From Candidatus Doudnabacteria bacterium (lineage in GTDB: Bacteria; Patescibacteriota; Doudnabacteria; UBA920; O2-02-FULL-48-8), in NCBI GenBank assembly GCA_037200925.1, contig JBBCGO010000001.1, forward strand, positions 179,822 through 243,821: a stretch of DNA of 64,000 nt, in the 5' to 3' direction. A program made the position numbers and the translations under genes. Every line of letters starts with the position of its first letter. The first letter of the stretch is position 1. The notes under the pieces were generated by a model. The model had not been told where the DNA came from, ran no database searches, and saw nothing but the letters and a program-made list of their open reading frames with translations. Shown here piece after piece: positions 58,731 through 64,000 of this stretch.

Positions 58731-59273
58731 TTACTGCGGCCTCTGCCAGCCGATCTGTTCGTCATTCACGATCGCCGGGTCCGCCGTCGGTCTCGGTGTG
58801 CCTGGACCAAGAAACGGATCGTTTCCGGGCTTGAGCCATACTGAATAGCGAAAGTACGGCAAATTCGGCGTCGCTGCATTGACCGTACCGTTTGCCCCGC
58901 CCATACCCAAGGTGTAGGCACATTGGTTCGTGCCTCCCTCTGTGCCAGTGCCTATTGCGCCGGCAATCGGGGGCGTGTCGGGACCGTTAGTGAAGGCGGT
59001 CAGAATGAGAAATCGGTAGCCGTCCGGGGCGCTGCATCGAAGCTCAATGTCATAGGGTTGGCCCATGACAAGCTGAGCGTACCTGCCCGGATTGATGGCG
59101 GAGATCCACCAGTAGAACGTCTGTGTGGTTCCCGGGATCGGAACCGAGTGAGCATCAGCAGGGGGCGGGGTTTGTGTGGACGGACTCGTCGGCGACGAGT
59201 GGTTGCAGGCGCCGGTCATCGGAAGACCAGCGCATACAAGTGCCGCTGCGAAAAGACGCAGGGTGTTGCGCAT
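58731..59273 (-). CDS. Secreted protein / putative lipoprotein (180 aa), ~60% GC
   Basis: Signal peptide with Cys (LVCAGLPMTGAC); Pro/Gly/Thr-rich; strongest compositional outlier in the window; GGGGAGGA SD. Confidence 0.55.
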   Translation of the reverse strand: MRNTLRLFAAALVCAGLPMTGACNHSSPTSPSTQTPPPADAHSVPIPGTTQTFYWWISAINPGRYAQLVMGQPYDIELRCSAPDGYRFLILTAFTNGPDTPPIAGAIGTGTEGGTNQCAYTLGMGGANGTVNAATPNLPYFRYSVWLKPGNDPFLGPGTPRPTADPAIVNDEQIGWQRPQ

Positions 59274-59356
59274 GTTGTCCTCCCCTTTTTGTTATCAATT
59301 ACCGGCCTTTTAAGGGCCTATTGGTTCACGTTCCGTTACCACTATGGTAACTCAAG

Positions 59357-59385
59357 ATTTTACTATTTAACAATGCGTTTGTCAA
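59357..59385 (-). promoter_or_regulatory. Consensus sigma70 promoter (TTGACA-N17-TAAAAT) for the GC-rich lipoprotein gene
   Basis: Minus strand ttgacaaacgcattgttaaatagtaaaat; 5' UTR has two small hairpins before the SD. Confidence 0.55.
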
Positions 59386-59439
59386 GAGTTTTTTTAAAAA
59401 GGGCTGATTATAACCAAATCAAATGCCTATATTTCAACT

Positions 59440-59901
59440 CTATCGGATGACAGTAACTTCGTCCCCGACCTTAATATTATTCTTAGCCGTCCAGCCGGCA
59501 TTGACCTCGATCGTGGAATCGATCGATTCCTCCGGCGCGTAAGTCCGCAGAGATGCGTCGGGCACATTTGGTTCAGTCGGAACGTTTGGAGTAATTTCCA
59601 CGATCTTGCCCTCTCTGATCCAAATGAAATCTAGAGGGATCAAAGTATCTTTCATCCAAAATCCCATGCGTCCAACCTCTGGAAAAACAAATAGCATGGC
59701 GTCATTTTCAGCCAAAGAATTTCTTCCTCCCAGCCCCTTTTCCTGAGCTTGTGGAGTCTCAGCGATCTGAACATTCAATTTGTGCCCGTTGATCGTCACA
59801 GATCCAGTTCCAAAAGAAATTTTAGTCTCAGGCGCTTTTTGAGTGCAGCCCGCCGCCAAAAATATCAGCGGGACAAAAATCAAAAAAATTTTGATCTTCA
59901 T
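59440..59901 (-). CDS. DUF192-domain protein (lipoprotein-like)
   Basis: Signal with LAAGC lipobox; ...MLFVFPEVGRMGFWMKDTLIPLDFIWI... matches DUF192. Confidence 0.7.
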   Translation of the reverse strand: MKIKIFLIFVPLIFLAAGCTQKAPETKISFGTGSVTINGHKLNVQIAETPQAQEKGLGGRNSLAENDAMLFVFPEVGRMGFWMKDTLIPLDFIWIREGKIVEITPNVPTEPNVPDASLRTYAPEESIDSTIEVNAGWTAKNNIKVGDEVTVIR

Positions 59902-60968
59902 GGTTCTCGGCTCCTTTTTTGTCTGTATACATTGTATATCGAAGTGATGATCGCCAGCATTACCAGGATCAAAATGATCAAGGCGATTAGTTTGCCGCGC
60001 GATTGCAAAAACAGGGCCGATACGCCGAAAATTGCCGTCAAAGCATATAAAAGTATCACGGCCTGGGGTTCGGAAAGTCCGATCTCAGACAGTTTGAAAT
60101 GCAAATGCTTGCGATCGCCGATGAACGGCGATTGTCCGGATACCAGCCGCTGCAAAATTACCCACGCCATATCCAAAAGCGGGATGCCCATGACCAGCAA
60201 AGCTGTGGCGATTTTGCCTCCGGACACGATCGCCAGCACAGCCAGCATAAAGCCTGCGAATGTGGAACCGCCCTCGCCCAGAAAGATCTTTGCCGGGTAA
60301 AAATTCAATATCAAAAATCCGAAAAGACTGCCGGCAAACGTCACGGCCAGCAGTGCGGTCTGGGGCTGCATGACCTGCGGCGTCAGCGATAACCCGAATA
60401 AGATCAGGGCGGCGATGGCGGAAATTCCCGTGACCAGGCCGTCCAGGCCGTCCAAAAGCTTGGTCGTGTACGTCATGGTCATGGTCCAAAAAAATACGAC
60501 AACGCCGGACACTAAAGGCAGGCCAAACAGCTTGAGATTATCAAGCAGTATTGTGGAGCCAGTAAAGGGATTATGAACGCTGACCGCGCTGATCCCGGAT
60601 AGCACGATCACCAAACTCGCCAGGATGGGAAAAACAACCGAATATTTCGCGGTCATGCGATATCTATCATCCAGATACCCGCCGATCATCAGAATAGCTC
60701 CTCCTGACCAGAGCGCGAAAATCTGCCTGATGGGAATATTGCCGTTCAACAGATGTCTGCCGAATATCCCAACTCCCAAAGTCACCAAAAAGAAACTGCC
60801 GAATACCGCAATTCCTCCCAGGGTCGGCGTAGCCTGCTTGTGGAACCGGCGCTCAGAATCAGGAATGTCCAAAATGCGTTTGCGGACAGCGATGCGCAAA
60901 ATCAAAAAAGTCCCCAAAAAGGAGATAACAAAAGCCAAGGCGAATGAAGCAAAATAAAGCAGTCTCAT
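59898..60968 (-). CDS. Polyprenyl-phosphate N-acetylhexosamine-1-phosphate transferase (WecA/TagO/MraY-like GT4 family)
   Basis: 356 aa polytopic; GGYLDDRY aspartate-rich motif; MraY/WecA superfamily topology. Confidence 0.75.
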   Translation of the reverse strand: MRLLYFASFALAFVISFLGTFLILRIAVRKRILDIPDSERRFHKQATPTLGGIAVFGSFFLVTLGVGIFGRHLLNGNIPIRQIFALWSGGAILMIGGYLDDRYRMTAKYSVVFPILASLVIVLSGISAVSVHNPFTGSTILLDNLKLFGLPLVSGVVVFFWTMTMTYTTKLLDGLDGLVTGISAIAALILFGLSLTPQVMQPQTALLAVTFAGSLFGFLILNFYPAKIFLGEGGSTFAGFMLAVLAIVSGGKIATALLVMGIPLLDMAWVILQRLVSGQSPFIGDRKHLHFKLSEIGLSEPQAVILLYALTAIFGVSALFLQSRGKLIALIILILVMLAIITSIYNVYRQKRSREP

Positions 60969-60979
60969 GCAAATTAAAT

Positions 60980-62623
60980 TTAATTCCGTATCGGGCTCGG
61001 ATCGGTTAAATGCACTTCATGTTTGCGGATCTTCGGCGTGACATAAAATTCCATGTATTTGCCGAACATCATCCTGGTTTGGGCGTCAATTGCCGGCATG
61101 GACCCGAACACTGACGAGACGATCGGACTGAAGATCCATTGCCAGATCATGGAAAGCGACTTCCACCAGCTGACCCCTTTTGGCCTCGGCGGCAGCAGAA
61201 CCAAGCTGACGTACATGGAAAAGATCAGGAAAAAAGTTGCAATGCTCATGATAGCGCGGGTCAGTACCGGCAGATTTAAGGCCAGTACCGTGGTCCCGAA
61301 CCTGTCTCCGCCAAATACCAGGGGCAGCCATCCTAAGACCGCGATCATTATCGAAGCCGTGGCCCAAAAGTAATGGCCTTCTATCAAACGTTCGCCCCAA
61401 ACCAGTTTTTTCCAAAGCGGAATTTTTTTATTTTTTATAAGTTCCGGAAAAACCATGGGGATCTCGGTGCAGCCCCAGGCCCACCGGCGCTTCTGCTTAT
61501 ACTGCGCGACCAATGTTCCAAGATAACTATCACTCAGCACCGCGTCCATGGAGACCACGGAAAATAGAGGCCTGCTCCTGTAATCGCCGTTAAAGTGCAG
61601 GAAGCACTGCCAGAAAATATGGGAATCGTCCGGGATGATATCCGTACGCCAAAACCCGACATCGACCAGAGTTTTAAAACTCATGGCATGCGAAGAAAAA
61701 GTGATCAGCCTGTCGGGCCGCGATGCTTCCACCAGCTGCCAGAACGAGGAAGAAGTCGCAATGACCCTGGCAATAGCGGGAGTGTCCCAGATATTGTTGT
61801 GGTACATGGGCATCGGCTGATAGCTTGACCGCAATGGCTTGGCGCAGGTCAAAAAATCATAAGTTAAATGCGCAAAATAACTCGGCGAGATGGTGGTATC
61901 CGAGTCAAAAGCGGAAATGATGACGTCTTCATACCGGACAGCAAGTTCATCGAGCATTTTTTGCGCAAGCCTGGCCGCATACGTGATATTTGCGCCTTTG
62001 ACCTTCGCCTCACCTTCAATGCCGTCCGGATGTTTGGAGATCAGGAACTTAAAAAAACTTTGATGGTATTTTTCGTAAAGTTTTTGGGCTTTGAGTTCCG
62101 CTTCGGCTCCGGCCCGCTCTTCGGTGGCCAGAACAAAAATAATCTTGGAATGATCATAATCAGCCTTTGCATAAGAAGAGATCGAACTGTCGAGAACTTC
62201 AAAACTCTCGTTATAAGTTGCCAAAATCACCAAATGAATGATCCTTGTCCAGTCCAAATTGCGGCTTTGCGGAAGGGTTTCCAGACAATCGATCTGCTGA
62301 CGGTATAGGTTGCGCAAACGGCGTTTCGGCTCATTGTCCGCCAATCGGGCCAGATAGGATCGGAAAGTTGCCGTTTCTTTCAAGCGTTTGATCCAGTCAA
62401 ACCAATCGATCTGTTTGTGTATTTTTAGTTCATAATACGAATGCATCAGATGCAAAGCCACATTTGCGCCTTTGAGGAACCAGTAAAGATCGAACAGAAT
62501 GATATAGACCGAGATCCAGACCGGATGGTAGAAAGCCAGGATGGGCGCGCCCAACAAAGTTGCCCAGGTCAGAACCCCGGGGAAAATTTCCAGAAAACGG
62601 TTTAAAGCGGTTTTTCGGGTCAT
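60980..62623 (-). CDS. Processive family-2 glycosyltransferase (cellulose-synthase-like, QxxRW)
   Basis: 547 aa; TM-flanked cytoplasmic GT-A domain (LATYNES, SAFDSD) and QYKQKRRWAWG (Q-x-x-R-W). Confidence 0.75.
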   Translation of the reverse strand: MTRKTALNRFLEIFPGVLTWATLLGAPILAFYHPVWISVYIILFDLYWFLKGANVALHLMHSYYELKIHKQIDWFDWIKRLKETATFRSYLARLADNEPKRRLRNLYRQQIDCLETLPQSRNLDWTRIIHLVILATYNESFEVLDSSISSYAKADYDHSKIIFVLATEERAGAEAELKAQKLYEKYHQSFFKFLISKHPDGIEGEAKVKGANITYAARLAQKMLDELAVRYEDVIISAFDSDTTISPSYFAHLTYDFLTCAKPLRSSYQPMPMYHNNIWDTPAIARVIATSSSFWQLVEASRPDRLITFSSHAMSFKTLVDVGFWRTDIIPDDSHIFWQCFLHFNGDYRSRPLFSVVSMDAVLSDSYLGTLVAQYKQKRRWAWGCTEIPMVFPELIKNKKIPLWKKLVWGERLIEGHYFWATASIMIAVLGWLPLVFGGDRFGTTVLALNLPVLTRAIMSIATFFLIFSMYVSLVLLPPRPKGVSWWKSLSMIWQWIFSPIVSSVFGSMPAIDAQTRMMFGKYMEFYVTPKIRKHEVHLTDPSPIRN

Positions 62624-62626
62624 TAT

Positions 62627-63007
62627 TTACTGGGCATTTGCGATGATCAAGACAGCGCTGGCGACCAAAAAGATCAATTGGACGGCAATGGAAGAAATGT
62701 TCAAAAAATAAGCGGCTAATTTTTCCTTTTTATAAAAAATGCTGGCCACTGAAGCGTTGATCAAAAGTAAAATTAAAGCCAGCAACGGGATCCAATAGAT
62801 GTATTGGCTTTTGGAAATCAGATCCGGTCCTAAAACTACATTGTAATGAAGCAATATCTGAGTTTTTGAAGGCTTAATCTTGCTGAACAATATCAGCCAA
62901 TGTATAATATTTAAAAGGCCGGCAATCCCCAAACTGACGTAATTCAGAGGGTCGGCTAAAAAAGACTTTTTTGAGGATAAAACCTCATTTAACTTTGCAA
63001 CAAACAT
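62627..63007 (-). CDS. Hypothetical integral membrane protein (126 aa)
   Basis: 4 predicted TM helices; 3 nt downstream of the GT2 gene. Confidence 0.4.
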   Translation of the reverse strand: MFVAKLNEVLSSKKSFLADPLNYVSLGIAGLLNIIHWLILFSKIKPSKTQILLHYNVVLGPDLISKSQYIYWIPLLALILLLINASVASIFYKKEKLAAYFLNISSIAVQLIFLVASAVLIIANAQ

Positions 63008-63019
63008 CCTTTAGATTAT

Positions 63020-64000
63020 AATGAAAAACTTCATAAAAAACAACTGGATTTTGCTGTGCATTTTAGCTCTGGCATTGTTCTTCCGTTTTTGGCAGATCAA
63101 CCATCTTCCCGGAGGCTTATTCCCTGACGAAGCGGCGAACGGCCTGGACATCAATTCTATGTTCCATGGGCATATTCAGCCTTTTTACGAACGGGGCAAC
63201 GGCCGTGAAGCGCTGTTTTTTTATTTTGAGGCATTGTCAGTTCTGCTGTTCGGCCGCGGCGTCTGGCAGTTCCACATCGTCTCAGCCGCATTCGGATTTG
63301 CGGCGGTCATCGCCTGCTATCTTTTGGCAAAAAGGCTGTTCGGAAAGCGCGTAGCGCTGCTTTCCGCTTTTTTTATGGCAGTCTCAAGTTATGCGGTTAC
63401 AGTCACGCGCACGGCGTTTCGGGCAACCACGGTGCCGCTGTTGGCCACACTAACACTGCTGTTTCTGGTTAGATTCTTTCAGGCAAAAGACAGCAAAACG
63501 AAATACTGGTCAGCTGCGTGGGCGGGTATTTTTTTTGGCTTGGGATTTTACACTTACACTTCATTCCGCATGATGCTGCCTCTGGTCGTAGGATTCCTGT
63601 TTTTGCTGTTTTTGGGATACCGCAGCCGGTGGCGCGAGATCTATAAGAACTATAAAAAATACAAACTGACGTTTGGCGCGGCCTTCCTCATCACCATCTC
63701 CTGGATCGCGGTTTATTTTATCCAGCACCCAAAAAGTTTTGTAGGCCGCGCCGGCGAAGTTTCGGTTTTTAACAAAACTTTGAATCAGGGCGACCTGATC
63801 GGGACTGTGATCGACGTTTTCAAAAAAACCATCCTCAGCTTTTTTACTAACGGAGATCTGAACTGGCGGCAAAATGTCTCGGGTTTTCCTTTCTTAACGC
63901 CTCTGATCAGCCCGTTCTTTGCCCTGGCGGTGATTATTTTCACTATCGCGATCTTCCGCCTCCTGTGGCAGGCTTGGCGCCAAAAGATCGAGGTCAACAC
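63020..64000 (+). CDS. ArnT/PMT-family (GT83/GT39-like) polyprenyl-phosphate-sugar glycosyltransferase, N-terminal part (runs off window end)
   Basis: MKNFIKNNWILLCILALALFFRFWQINHLPGGLFPDEAANGL... with the DE motif in the first loop; many TM segments; no stop before 64000, hence absent from the ORF track. Confidence 0.65.

Overview
This 64 kb window is a gene-dense stretch of bacterial chromosome, roughly 45% GC with a largely minus-strand core. The short proteins, DUF-rich envelope genes, stand-alone PurH half and Zwf-Gnd fusion look like a Candidate Phyla Radiation / Patescibacteria-like genome; that is an inference from gene content. Recognisable content: a complete F1Fo ATP synthase operon (atpI-like, B, E, F, H, A, G, D, C); a dcw-type cell-wall operon in which an amidohydrolase and a DUF4012-like protein sit where murG would be expected (mraY, deacylase, murD, ftsW, DUF4012-like, murJ); lepA, ftsB, a PpiC-type isomerase, a CCA-adding enzyme, dnaX, dnaB, recR, cysS, rplU and trxA; nine tRNAs, including an initiator/Met/Asp cluster; two paralogous MacAB-type tripartite efflux operons, one beside a MarR gene and one beside an ECF sigma / anti-sigma pair; an envelope glycosylation cluster (WecA/TagO-like, processive GT2, ArnT/PMT-like); and a single-polypeptide Zwf-Gnd fusion. 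The most interesting unexplained content is: (1) a membrane-anchored VirD4/TraG-type coupling-protein-like ATPase in an operon of uncharacterised small proteins, with no other type IV secretion parts nearby; (2) at least seven scattered GC-rich (52-60%) small genes, of which about four carry a recognisable near-consensus sigma70 promoter and most a strong Shine-Dalgarno site, one of them inserted antisense inside the atp operon; (3) a 20-bp duplicate of the tRNA-Gly 3' end that suggests an integration scar; (4) a palindromic element between atpC and atpD; (5) a tandem YYSQS-repeat surface protein; (6) paralogous small anchored proteins bracketing an efflux operon. No CRISPR array, rRNA, transposase or reverse transcriptase was seen.
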